From IMG/VR virus record IMGVR_UViG_3300029288_000066, positions 128,001-192,000 of that record: a DNA stretch of 64,000 bases. The stretch is one strand, 5' to 3'. The notes beneath the pieces were generated by a model. The model saw only the letters and a program-made list of their open reading frames with translations. It had not been told where the DNA came from and did not search any database. Each line of letters begins with the position of its first letter. The stretch's first letter is position 1. Shown piece by piece: positions 20,741 through 29,577 of this stretch. The stretch is from a virus (taxonomy: Duplodnaviria > Caudoviricetes). Both the position numbers and the translations under genes were made by a program.

Positions 20741-21451
20741 TTATTTTTCTTTTTTAAATTGTTCAAACCAATAGTTTTTTGCAGCATCAGACTTAGCGCC
20801 TTCAATAAAATCGTCAATCGTATTGTTAAAAATTTCATCATTACTATATGGTGCTGTTTCCACATCGTCTTCTAAATGTATAATACATGAATATTCCCTT
20901 GCAGCATCTTCAATTGATAAAGGGAATAAACTAGTACCTTTAAATTTTTCAAATCTTTTTCCCCTTTCATCTATTTCTTCTTTTGTCGGAAGTTTATCTT
21001 TTCGAAGCAACTCAAGAGAGGATGGGTCAATTGTCACATCTGGCAAAAATCCTTTCTTCTCACAATCTTTGCAAGCAGAAGAATAAGCGCTATCACAAGT
21101 TTCTACATCAACACACCATTTGTTAAAAAAACAATTTTCACATTTATGATTGTATCCATCTTTTTCGTAACAATCGAACATTTCACACCCTACTTCAATC
21201 TCATCAACAGGATTCAATGTCCATTCTTCTAAAAAATCTTTTGTAAATATTGGCAAGTTACCAAGCTTAATATTAGAAGCAATAATTTTTTTTCTATTTT
21301 CAGAAATATCAATAATGCCTTTTTGTTCCCCAACATAATTGGAAAATGTATTAATATACCAATCTCCATCTTTTGGCTCGTCATCACCAATAAGGATGAA
21401 CTGTAAAACATCTTTTTTACTAAGTGGTAGAACTATAATTTTATGTTTCAT
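20741..21451 (-). CDS. Hypothetical protein
   Basis: GDDEPKDGDW...KIIASNI, Cys cluster. Confidence 0.6.
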   Translation of the reverse strand: MKHKIIVLPLSKKDVLQFILIGDDEPKDGDWYINTFSNYVGEQKGIIDISENRKKIIASNIKLGNLPIFTKDFLEEWTLNPVDEIEVGCEMFDCYEKDGYNHKCENCFFNKWCVDVETCDSAYSSACKDCEKKGFLPDVTIDPSSLELLRKDKLPTKEEIDERGKRFEKFKGTSLFPLSIEDAAREYSCIIHLEDDVETAPYSNDEIFNNTIDDFIEGAKSDAAKNYWFEQFKKEK

Positions 21452-22058
21452 ATGTTACAACAGTTACTCTTTTTTCTTTTCTTTGCACGTTCCTACAAAG
21501 ATATGTGGTTTTGTCAATCATGTTTTTATTGCTGTTGTACTTCCCAATTCTTGGGTTGTTTGAGCCCCAAAGAACATACATATATTCAAAACTGTAATAT
21601 TTATCACCCTTTTTAAAAACCAACCTGCAGTCATTGTGTTCATTTCCCTCATAAACGAGTTGATTGCTTATGACTTCGTATTCTTTATATTTAAAGGGGT
21701 TATCAAAATCCAATTCTTCACCTGCAATGCTAATTAACTTTAACAAGTCGTTATGTTTCATCCGCAAATCATCTGGTGATGCACAATTTCTCTTAACCCA
21801 TTCTTCACAATTTTCTTTGGATTCTCCCCAAACGCTAAACGCAGTTCTTCCATCTTTATTATAATCTTTGGGAGACCCTGTTTCAAATACAAGCTTTAAC
21901 CCGTGCGGATACATTATGTATTTGCCGCTGGGAGTGGTCACATAATATTTGTCATCACGTTCTTGTATTCTAACTTTGGATTGCAAATATGCAGCTGGAT
22001 TTATTGTAGTCCAACCGTTTTCAGATTTCTTAATCTTCATAATTTGTTTTTTGTGCAC
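21441..22058 (-). CDS. Hypothetical protein
   Basis: 205 aa ORF with AAC-N16-CGTA promoter upstream. Confidence 0.55.
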   Translation of the reverse strand: MHKKQIMKIKKSENGWTTINPAAYLQSKVRIQERDDKYYVTTPSGKYIMYPHGLKLVFETGSPKDYNKDGRTAFSVWGESKENCEEWVKRNCASPDDLRMKHNDLLKLISIAGEELDFDNPFKYKEYEVISNQLVYEGNEHNDCRLVFKKGDKYYSFEYMYVLWGSNNPRIGKYNSNKNMIDKTTYLCRNVQRKEKRVTVVTYET

Positions 22059-22332
22059 CTCATTATACGAGAAAAAACAAATTATGTTACAACTAACGTT
22101 TTTTTGTTGGGAAATATTTTTCGTTGATTTTCTTCTGACATTCTTGCCAGGTTTCTCCTTCGAATTCTTCTACGAATTCATATCCAGCATTGTTTTCTTT
22201 GTCAAACTTACGTGTCTTGCTGTGTAAGAGAATTTGGCCGCTTTCTTTGTTTTTATACACCTGGACTATCATAAATATAAATAGTCTGGGAATGTGGAAA
22301 ATAATAAAAAAATGTGAAAATTTTGTGTAGTG

Positions 22333-22406
22333 TGGACCCAGGAGGAATTGAACCTCCGACCTTTTGATTATGAGTCAACTGCTCTGACCAACTGAGCTAT
22401 GGGTCC
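22333..22406 (-). tRNA. tRNA(CAT), probably Ile2 from operon context
   Basis: Loop CTCATAA; lies in Ile/Lys operon. Confidence 0.8.
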
Positions 22407-22412
22407 TTGGTG

Positions 22413-22486
22413 TTGTGAAGGTCGGGCTCGAACCGACATATCTCCTGCTTATAAGACAGGCGCCGTCACCATTTAGCTACTCCACA
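22413..22486 (-). tRNA. tRNA-Ile(TAT)
   Basis: Loop CTTATAA. Confidence 0.85.
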
Positions 22487-22558
22487 GTTTGTGTTTCCCC
22501 AATGGCCTCTGGCTGTGGGGAAACTAACGTATTCGTATATGAATTTGTATCCGCATCA

Positions 22559-22819
22559 TTAAAACATTATTCTATTTTCTTCAATTTGATAATCTTCAAT
22601 TCTTTTATACCATCCACCTAAAATATCGCATCCTTCTGGTATCTTACTTAACACCCTTCTTGCCATGGGAAGAGCATAATCCTCCTCAATTTTGTACTCT
22701 CGTTCACTTTCAAACAACTTAAAAAGGTTTGGATTGCTCGCCCCACTTAAGCCCTTTAGAAGTCCACTATTTTCCCATGACCTAACTATATTTTCTCTCC
22801 GCTCTTGCAAGTTTTCCAT
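22559..22819 (-). CDS. Protein resembling the N-terminal segment of T4-like gp23
   Basis: WENSGLLKGL...LFES...LPMARRVLSK. Confidence 0.55.
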   Translation of the reverse strand: MENLQERRENIVRSWENSGLLKGLSGASNPNLFKLFESEREYKIEEDYALPMARRVLSKIPEGCDILGGWYKRIEDYQIEENRIMF

Positions 22820-22869
22820 AATTTTTTAATTCAAATATATGAAATTATATTTCAAATCTCAAGTTTTTG

Positions 22870-22942
22870 TCGGAATGGAGGGAGTTGAACCCACGACCTT
22901 TTGAATATCAGTCAAATGCTCTACCAACTGAGCTACATTCCG
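22870..22942 (-). tRNA. tRNA-Ile(GAT)
   Basis: Loop CTGATAT. Confidence 0.9.
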
Positions 22943-22949
22943 TTATTTG

Positions 22950-23023
22950 TGGACAAGGTAGGATTTGAACCTACGACCCCGAAGTTATCAGCTTCGTCTT
23001 CTAACCAACTGAAATACATGTCC
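22950..23023 (-). tRNA. tRNA-Ile(GAT)
   Basis: Loop CTGATAA. Confidence 0.85.
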
Positions 23024-23024
23024 G

Positions 23025-23990
23025 TTATAATTGTTTTCCTTTTTCGTATTGCTCCAATTCTTTTTTCCCAAGCATTATGTGATAATATCCTTCTGATAAT
23101 ACAGCTTTTTTCTTTGCTTCTAATTTATCTCTATCACGTTTTTGAAACCATTCTCCCTTCATTTCTATAACTAAATTTCTCTCTGGTAAATAAAAGTCTG
23201 TAACATGAATACTCTTTTCTCCTTCAAATTCATATTCTATTCTTAACGTTTCGTAGAAATACATTTCTTTTCTTTCATCCAAAACATCCATCATTCTTAG
23301 TTCATAAGAACTTCTGTAATAAACCTCCTTCCCATACCAAGTCGTGTGATATCCAGTTTGATATTTAGTATTTACATTTGGAATTGCTCTACCTTCAACA
23401 AACGCCAGTCTTAAAGACTTAGATGTTGTTCTTAAATTAATACCGTTCTTTTTAAAGAAAAAATGTGTTGTATTATACATTATCCCATATTCATTTCTTA
23501 TTTGAATCAGTGCTTTTTTATTTGTAAAATACTCTTTTGAAAGGAGTATTAAAGCATTTTGATTTGACACCTGTAAGTTTTTTTGTAAAACTCCCAATTT
23601 GTTAAACAGATTTTTGTATTGTATGAAAGAACTACATAAATTACAATATTTTTTTTTGTTTTCATTAGAAATTTCCACCCCACAGCTTAAACATATTTTT
23701 TTATCTCCTTTTTTTTCACACAAAGGTCTCGCAGATTTTCTACGATTTCTTTCTTCATCAGAAATATTACAATTATATCTTCCATTGTTTTTACCAGAAG
23801 TTTTTAATATTCTTTCAGTAGACTGTTTTCTTCCTCTTAATTTTTCAGACGCTCTTTCATAGGATTCTTCAGTTCTAAATTTTGATGAGTATGTTCTAGC
23901 GCACTCTCTTGAACAGAATTCTCCTGTGGAATACTTACTGTATTTTATAGCTTCTTTTTTATTACAACTTTTACATTTCATAACAAACAA
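23025..23990 (-). CDS. PD-(D/E)xK (TnsA-like) homing-type endonuclease inside tRNA operon
   Basis: YRSSYE...TDFYL...IEMKG. Confidence 0.7.
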   Translation of the reverse strand: MFVMKCKSCNKKEAIKYSKYSTGEFCSRECARTYSSKFRTEESYERASEKLRGRKQSTERILKTSGKNNGRYNCNISDEERNRRKSARPLCEKKGDKKICLSCGVEISNENKKKYCNLCSSFIQYKNLFNKLGVLQKNLQVSNQNALILLSKEYFTNKKALIQIRNEYGIMYNTTHFFFKKNGINLRTTSKSLRLAFVEGRAIPNVNTKYQTGYHTTWYGKEVYYRSSYELRMMDVLDERKEMYFYETLRIEYEFEGEKSIHVTDFYLPERNLVIEMKGEWFQKRDRDKLEAKKKAVLSEGYYHIMLGKKELEQYEKGKQL

Positions 23991-24063
23991 ATTTACTATA
24001 AATATACAAAAAAATTCGAATATTCGATGCCAGATTAAAAATATTTCAAAGAACTTGTTTTTG

Positions 24064-24136
24064 TGACCCAGGCGGAGTATGATTCCGCAACCCCATCATT
24101 AAAAGTGATGTGCTCTACCAATTGAGCTACTGAGTC
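24064..24136 (-). tRNA. tRNA-Lys(TTT)
   Basis: Loop CTTTTAA. Confidence 0.85.
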
Positions 24137-24141
24137 TTTTG

Positions 24142-24214
24142 TGAACCAGGTGGGAGTCGAACCCACATCCTTCGATTTAAGAGACCGAAGCTCCACCAAT
24201 TAAGCTACTGGTTC
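24142..24214 (-). tRNA. tRNA-Lys(CTT)
   Basis: Loop CTCTTAA. Confidence 0.9.
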
Positions 24215-24218
24215 ATTG

Positions 24219-24291
24219 TACTGCTGGAGGGACTCGAACCCTCAACCCACGGAGCAAAAATCCGTTGCTCTACCAATTAAGCTACAACAGC
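24219..24291 (-). tRNA. tRNA-Lys(TTT), atypical loop TTTTTGC
   Basis: Cloverleaf with G37. Confidence 0.8.
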
Positions 24292-24301
24292 GAAATGTTT
24301 G

Positions 24302-24372
24302 TGCATTCAGTTGGAGTCGAACCAACCTCTGCGGGTTAAAAGCCCGTGGCGAAGCCGCTTTGCTATGAATGC
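24302..24372 (-). tRNA. tRNA-Lys(TTT)
   Basis: Loop CTTTTAA. Confidence 0.85.
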
Positions 24373-24474
24373 ATTTTTACAAGTGAACTCACAACAATTT
24401 GCAGCTCACTAGTTACTGTTTTCGTTTACATTTAAATTTTTTCATTTTATTTTATCTTTTTTAATTTTTAACTC

Positions 24475-24514
24475 AAATAAAAACCCCCCAACTCATTTCT
24501 GCGCTGGGGGGTTT
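24475..24514 (-). terminator. Attenuator terminator of Ile/Lys tRNA operon
   Basis: AAACCCCCCAGC..GTTGGGGGGTTTTTATTT; 5' arm complementary to GCTGGGAG in leader. Confidence 0.85.
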
Positions 24515-24534
24515 AAGGTTTTTGTTATTTACAA

Positions 24535-24618
24535 TTATGCAAAAATCTCCCAGCCACTAAGTTTTTTAATCTTAATGCTAATAGATTTCTTTATAATTAC
24601 AGTTAACAACATATTCAT
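24535..24618 (-). CDS. Ile/Lys attenuation leader peptide MNMLLTVIIKKSISIKIKKLSGWEIFA
   Basis: 27 aa ORF; IIKKSISIKIKK matches downstream tRNAs. Confidence 0.85.
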   Translation of the reverse strand: MNMLLTVIIKKSISIKIKKLSGWEIFA

Positions 24619-24701
24619 TTTATTTTAAATTGTCTGATTTTAATCAAACATAAATAGTTTCTTTTTTCCTTTATACGTATGAAACAAAAAAAGTTTCATT
24701 T

Positions 24702-25085
24702 TTATTCATTTATTTTTTTAAGTGCTTCAAAATATTGTTTCAATTCGTTTCGAAGAGTCATATATTCTTCATATTCTTCCAGCAGTTTTATTTTTGACTC
24801 TGCCAATGCTTTCAATTTAAAAGCTCTTGTTACAGGAGTATTGTCTTTTGCTTTTACATTTCCTTCTGCGTCAACATACAACTCTCTCCCGTCTACACAA
24901 AAATTGGTTTGAATATTGTATGTTCCTAATCCAGATAAAGAAGCACCAAGACTAATGCTTCCACTGCATATGGTACCAACCATGTTGTTTTCTTCTTCTT
25001 GCTTTGGAACAATGTCATATTCACTCTTAGAGAATTTCACAGACAATTCTATAAATCTCAAAACTTTTTCTATTTTCTTTTCCAT
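24702..25085 (-). CDS. Hypothetical protein
   Basis: 127 aa ORF. Confidence 0.55.
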   Translation of the reverse strand: MEKKIEKVLRFIELSVKFSKSEYDIVPKQEEENNMVGTICSGSISLGASLSGLGTYNIQTNFCVDGRELYVDAEGNVKAKDNTPVTRAFKLKALAESKIKLLEEYEEYMTLRNELKQYFEALKKINE

Positions 25086-25264
25086 AATATTTTTATTTAA
25101 TTTTATGAAAATATAAACAAAAAAATAATGAATATCAAATATTTTTTTTCACACTTAATCAAAGAACGTTTTGCTGCCGAAGGTGGATTCGAACCACATT
25201 TTAACCTGACCTATTTGTCCTGAGATGACCTTGCAAGGAAAACATCTCTGCTTCAACAATCTTG

Positions 25265-25338
25265 AGCCAACTGGAGGGATTCCAACCCCCGTAATCCGCA
25301 TTACAGGTGCGGCGCATCGAGCACTCTGCCACAGTGGC
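25265..25338 (-). tRNA. tRNA-Thr(TGT)
   Basis: Loop CCTGTAA; variant T-loop TTGGAAT. Confidence 0.8.
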
Positions 25339-25345
25339 TTTTCAC

Positions 25346-25422
25346 TGGAGCCGTAGGAGGGATTCGAACCCCCGACATCCTCATTACAAGTGAGGCGCTC
25401 TGGCCAACTGAGCTACAACGGC
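25346..25422 (-). tRNA. tRNA-Thr(TGT)
   Basis: Loop CTTGTAA, encoded CCA. Confidence 0.92.
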
Positions 25423-25431
25423 ATTCTTTTG

Positions 25432-25503
25432 AGCCAATAGAGGGAATCGAACCCCCGAATTCCTCTTTACGAAAGAGGCGCAATACCACTATGCGATATT
25501 GGC
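25432..25503 (-). tRNA. tRNA-Thr(CGT)
   Basis: Loop TTCGTAA. Confidence 0.88.
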
Positions 25504-25512
25504 ATTCTTCAG

Positions 25513-25584
25513 AGCCGACGAAGAGAATTGAACTCTTGACCTCTTCCTTACCAAGGAAGCGCTCTACCTCTGGGCTACGTCGGC
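25513..25584 (-). tRNA. tRNA-Thr(GGT)
   Basis: Loop TTGGTAA. Confidence 0.88.
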
Positions 25585-25590
25585 AGGTTC

Positions 25591-25768
25591 TGTTTAACTG
25601 ATGGGATTCCAACCCACACGTCCTATAACCTGCATTTAATTACCGCACCGCAGCCGCCCTGTGCGAAAAAATTCGAGCCCCGTTAACTGACTAACCATTC
25701 CTCGAATGACGGGGCAAGCGTCGAGGTGTTTACGGTTTAGCGACTAGCAATTCCGCCACAGTTAAACA
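25591..25768 (-). ncRNA. tRNA-like RNA with ~100 nt structured insert at anticodon position
   Basis: Acceptor TTTAACTG/CAGTTAAA, D-arm GCGGAATTGCTAGTCGC and T-arm GTGGGTTGGAATCCCAT around a GC-rich insert. Confidence 0.65.
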
Positions 25769-25770
25769 TT

Positions 25771-25846
25771 GGGTGAAAGGTCGGCTTCGAACCGACAACC
25801 CTCTGAACCACAATCAGATACTCTAACCAATTGAGCTACAATCACC
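25771..25846 (-). tRNA. tRNA-His(GTG)
   Basis: Loop TTGTGGT, G-1/C73. Confidence 0.9.
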
Positions 25847-25850
25847 ATAT

Positions 25851-25983
25851 AAAAAAGGGGAAAAGTTAGAACAGGGTTTTTCATGTAAAATCCTGGAGTT
25901 TAACCAGTACCCATTGAATTAAAAGTCAATTGCTCAACACTGAGCTAATTTTACGAAGTAGCTGTTCAGATTGCCACCTTTTT
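25851..25983 (-). ncRNA. Scaffold RNA copy 2 (Lys-type tRNA-like insert)
   Basis: GTGGCAATCTGAACAGCTACTTCG...CTGTTCTAACTTTTCCCC enclosing cloverleaf with CTTTTAA loop. Confidence 0.7.
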
Positions 25984-26016
25984 ATGTTTTCAATATTTTA
26001 AAGAACTTATTCTTAG

Positions 26017-26091
26017 GGTGTCGAACCAGATTCGAACTGGCGTTGACTAAGGTCACAGCTTAGCCGTAGAAACCAACACTACACCGACACA
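26017..26091 (-). tRNA. tRNA-His(GTG)
   Basis: Loop CTGTGAC. Confidence 0.8.
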
Positions 26092-26093
26092 GA

Positions 26094-26177
26094 AGGGGAG
26101 GAGGGATTCGAACCCCCGTAAACCCGAAGGCACTAACGTTAACAGCGTTCCGCTCTGACCAACTGAGCTACACCCCC
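26094..26177 (-). tRNA. tRNA-Asn(GTT), long variable arm
   Basis: Loop CTGTTAA. Confidence 0.8.
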
Positions 26178-26189
26178 ATGTAATTTTTT

Positions 26190-27035
26190 TTATTTTTTAT
26201 AATCTTTTAGCCATTTTCTAATTGCATTGTCAGAAACACCATATTTTTTGCCAACCGCACAATAATTTGTTTTTTTAATTTCTTGCATCAACTGTTCATA
26301 AGACGGCCTTTCAACCCTTCTTCTACTTTTTTTATAACAATCTATACATTCTTTTGCTTTTACATCCTTCTCTTTCCCACATTTGCAAACTCTTGTTTTT
26401 TCACTTTTCCTTTTAATGTTTCTAAAACAATATGTGTTTAACGTAGAATCACAATTTGGACATATGATTCTTAGATTTTTTAATCTATTATCCATATGAT
26501 TTCCATTAATATGGTCAAGAATTAAAATTAATTTATTTCCATTCCAATTTACATCCTGTCCACACAACTCACAACATTCTTTTTTTAAACCTTCATCATA
26601 CAATCTTTTTTTAAAATTAGAAGGTAAGCTTTTTCCAACTACAAAATAATATTCAATTGGGTTCTTTTTGCAACCAGTAATTACACCTTGTTCTTTTAAT
26701 CGCTTATACAGCTCTTTTTTTCCAGTAAAATGTGAAATGTCTACATTATATCGAGCAATATAGTTTTTTATTGTTGTAAAACTTGCAGATGCTGGATTAA
26801 TATTAAGATTTCTTAAAGCATCAGAATAAGAATATGCATTTTTAACAGCTTCTAGTATTTCTTTTTCTGAATATTTCCAAATTCCATACTTTGCAACTTT
26901 TAAACCAAGACGCTTTGCTTTATGAGCTACGGAATGTTTACTCTTGCCTAACTTTCGAGAACAATATATAGCACCATGCTCTTCATAATTGTTCTTAAGA
27001 AATAAAATTTCATTTTCTACCCATTTATATTTCAT
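26190..27035 (-). CDS. HNH homing endonuclease with C-terminal HTH
   Basis: LDHINGNHMDNRLKNLRIICPNC; GKKYGVSDNAIRKW. Confidence 0.85.
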   Translation of the reverse strand: MKYKWVENEILFLKNNYEEHGAIYCSRKLGKSKHSVAHKAKRLGLKVAKYGIWKYSEKEILEAVKNAYSYSDALRNLNINPASASFTTIKNYIARYNVDISHFTGKKELYKRLKEQGVITGCKKNPIEYYFVVGKSLPSNFKKRLYDEGLKKECCELCGQDVNWNGNKLILILDHINGNHMDNRLKNLRIICPNCDSTLNTYCFRNIKRKSEKTRVCKCGKEKDVKAKECIDCYKKSRRRVERPSYEQLMQEIKKTNYCAVGKKYGVSDNAIRKWLKDYKK

Positions 27036-27101
27036 ATTGACATCTTTATTATAAATATGCCAAAAAATTATTTTTTCAATATTTCAAAGAACTTAATTTT
27101 G

Positions 27102-27188
27102 CGTTTCCTGTAAGATTCGAACTCACGATGGGGATTACTCCTCGTCAGGTTAACAGCCTGATGCCGTCGGCCACTTGGCTAAAGAAAC
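27102..27188 (-). tRNA. tRNA-Asn(GTT), long variable arm
   Basis: Loop CTGTTAA. Confidence 0.8.
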
Positions 27189-27191
27189 ATA

Positions 27192-27349
27192 AATTCGGGG
27201 AAAAGGAGCAAAAGTGTTTTTTCTATACTCTAACCAACTGAGCTACGTGCTCCATTTTTTTTATTATTTGGGAGCACGACTGGACTCGAACCAGCGACCT
27301 TTTGTTATCAAGACAAATGCGAAGTAACTTTTACAATTGCCACCGAATT
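27192..27349 (-). ncRNA. Scaffold RNA copy 3 (circularly permuted Ile-like tRNA)
   Basis: T-arm and CGTGCTCC come before GGAGCACG and D-arm GCTCAGTTGGTTAGAGT inside conserved stem. Confidence 0.75.
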
Positions 27350-27374
27350 ATTTCAAAATTTTAAAGAACGATAT

Positions 27375-27412
27375 AAAACAAAAAACCCAGACTCTTTTGG
27401 AATCTGGGTGGC
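27375..27412 (-). terminator. Attenuator terminator of Thr/His/Asn tRNA operon
   Basis: ACCCAGATTC..GAGTCTGGGTTTTTTGTTTT; competes with GTCTGGGTG in leader. Confidence 0.85.
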
Positions 27413-27431
27413 TTTTTGTTTTCTTATATTT

Positions 27432-27521
27432 TTATTTTAAGATAGACATATTACACCCAGACACACATGTATTATTATGTTTGTTGGTCTTCGTGTTAAT
27501 ATGTATACTTAAAGCTAACAT
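27432..27521 (-). CDS. Thr/His/Asn attenuation leader peptide MLALSIHINTKTNKHNNTCVSGCNMSILK
   Basis: 29 aa ORF; HINTKTNKHNNT matches downstream tRNAs. Confidence 0.87.
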   Translation of the reverse strand: MLALSIHINTKTNKHNNTCVSGCNMSILK

Positions 27522-27558
27522 TTCAATATTTCCTTTTTATTTAAATAGTATGATTTTT

Positions 27559-27650
27559 TTACTTTCTACGCAAAGGTACAAAAAAAGTTACATTAAATGC
27601 AAGTTTTTTTTCGTTTATTTTTAAAATAATTTTTAAGTTGTTGATTGTTA
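27559..27650 (-). promoter_or_regulatory. Composite tRNA-operon promoter (repeat)
   Basis: ~85 bp near-identical to 49835-49920. Confidence 0.75.
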
Positions 27651-27659
27651 ATAATTTAA

Positions 27660-28004
27660 TTAATCAATTATTTTTCTCTTTGGAACATTATGTTCATCCA
27701 GCAAACTCATAACTTCATCTCTCGCAGAAAGTGGAGCATAACATCGAATATCTTCGTGCATATTTTTTTTACCTTCATTTGTCGCAGTTGATAAATCAAT
27801 TCGTTCATCATCATCTAACTCCTTTGTACAACCGTTATTCCACTGTTCATTAAATTCATCATCAGTTAAAAGTTTATTCTTAAAATCTTCAATTGATTCT
27901 CCCGTATAATGACCAATTGGGCTAATGGCTGACATTGTGCCATCATCATTCCAAATTTCTTTGGTCTCGGTATAATTTCTATATGCTTCCTGTAATCTAC
28001 TCAT
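27660..28004 (-). CDS. Hypothetical protein
   Basis: 114 aa ORF. Confidence 0.55.
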   Translation of the reverse strand: MSRLQEAYRNYTETKEIWNDDGTMSAISPIGHYTGESIEDFKNKLLTDDEFNEQWNNGCTKELDDDERIDLSTATNEGKKNMHEDIRCYAPLSARDEVMSLLDEHNVPKRKIID

Positions 28005-28046
28005 ACACCAAATATATAAAAAAGTTTCAATAAAGTCAAATTGGAT

Positions 28047-28735
28047 TTAAATTTTTTCCAAAATAATTCTCTCAACGATTTTTTTCATATAATTCCAATC
28101 ATCTTCTGATGTTTTATAATTTGGTGTTATGAAAGGGGCGTGTGAATCCCATTCTTCGCCCACTTTTCCTTCTGAAGATTTTATTATCTTTTGAGCTCCA
28201 CTTTTCTGTAAGTATGATGCAAGCCTTCCTTTTTTATTAATGGAAAGCTTTAATATAACTCCTTCACGCAAAACTTCTACATCAACTCTTTTCCCGTCGA
28301 ACATATTTTTGTGGTCTGTTGTGATTAAGTCAAAAACAACAAGGAGAGCTCCATCTTCATCAACACTTATGTTTTTAATATCAATTTTTTTTGGAATTTC
28401 CTCGGCACATAATTTTTCAATTACCCATTTTAATTCAACATCTGTTTCCTTGTCTGTCTTCTCTGGTATTGGAATAATATTAAAAGGGGTTGCCAACACT
28501 CTGTTTCCTGCCGTGAACAAAAGATATTTACCTCTATCTGGGAACCACTTTAAAACTTTATGTCTCCATAGGCTGGCCTAATATTATAAACAGTTCTTCC
28601 TATAAGGTCTTCAAATTTCTCTATTCCCAGGTGTTTTAATTGCTGTTGGTATTCTTCCTTGGAAAAATCTTTAAAGCCCGTCACATCAACTCCTGAGAGC
28701 TCCTGAAGTCTTTTTTTATATGATTCTGTCAGCAT
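28047..28735 (-). pseudogene. Frameshifted late gene (LTESYKKRLQELSG N-terminus)
   Basis: Two ORFs joined by a -1 shift near 28565. Confidence 0.55.
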
Positions 28736-28743
28736 ATCTTTAT

Positions 28744-29577
28744 TTATATAACTTCAATATATTTAGGAGGAATAATCCCATTATATTTAACTGAATGTAC
28801 AGTTTTTAAACTAAACCAATAATCTTTTGGATTAATACTAACAACATTGTATTTCTTGTCATATCTTTTTGGATTATTTTTGGCATATAAATTATATAAC
28901 TTTTTTATATTTTTCCATACCATTTCTCTATTGCCCATGCCGTCAACAACAACTGGTTCATCTAATTCATTAAAATCGACCATTAATAAATTGTTGTTTG
29001 GGATTTTAATTTTTAATACAATTGGACTACCACCTTTAAATTTATTTAACTCTTCATCTTCTGATGCTTCAATTGAATAATACTCTGCTTTTTCATATAA
29101 ATCTGTTAAATATGGGTTTTTCAATCCTTTGGTCATAATATTATCTAACACAGCATCCGTTGTACCATGATAAAAAATATTATTGTCGCCAATTATATTT
29201 GATTCCTCAAATATCTTTATTTTACTATATTTCTCCAGTTCGGGGTCATCTTTATAAAAGAATTGAAAATCTACAATTCGCCCATTCCACTTTGGTTTAA
29301 ACACGTCGCTGGTAAATTTTGAATGGTAATGCTCAGTTCTTTTTAAAGAAGAAATTTTATCTGATTTCGGAATTATGATTCCAATATCCAAATCAGAATC
29401 GTCCTTGGCCGTTCCCTTTGCTTCAGAGCCAATAATAAAAGCATTAAGGATTGGATAATCAACTCTCGATGTTAAATTGTTTCTTAGCATAGACACAATA
29501 TCCTTTTTGCTTGGATATTTGAGCATCCTGTCAATTTCCTCTCTAATCAATTTCCTTATGTATTTTTTATCTTCCAT
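28744..29577 (-). CDS. Minimal nucleotidyltransferase fused to ART-like domain
   Basis: GSEAKG...DSDLD; FYHGT...YLT; N-terminal IRKLIREEI. Confidence 0.7.
   Translation of the reverse strand: MEDKKYIRKLIREEIDRMLKYPSKKDIVSMLRNNLTSRVDYPILNAFIIGSEAKGTAKDDSDLDIGIIIPKSDKISSLKRTEHYHSKFTSDVFKPKWNGRIVDFQFFYKDDPELEKYSKIKIFEESNIIGDNNIFYHGTTDAVLDNIMTKGLKNPYLTDLYEKAEYYSIEASEDEELNKFKGGSPIVLKIKIPNNNLLMVDFNELDEPVVVDGMGNREMVWKNIKKLYNLYAKNNPKRYDKKYNVVSINPKDYWFSLKTVHSVKYNGIIPPKYIEVI

Noticed and set aside
25173-25260. tRNA gene
   Set aside because: Only a T-arm and 3' strand are recognisable; no matching acceptor or anticodon arm
25301-25612. ORF-track ORFs over tRNA arrays and antisense ORFs (e.g. 22901, 45366, 46761, 47130, 40557)
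   Set aside because: Shadows of RNA genes or of opposite-strand CDS with no protein-like features
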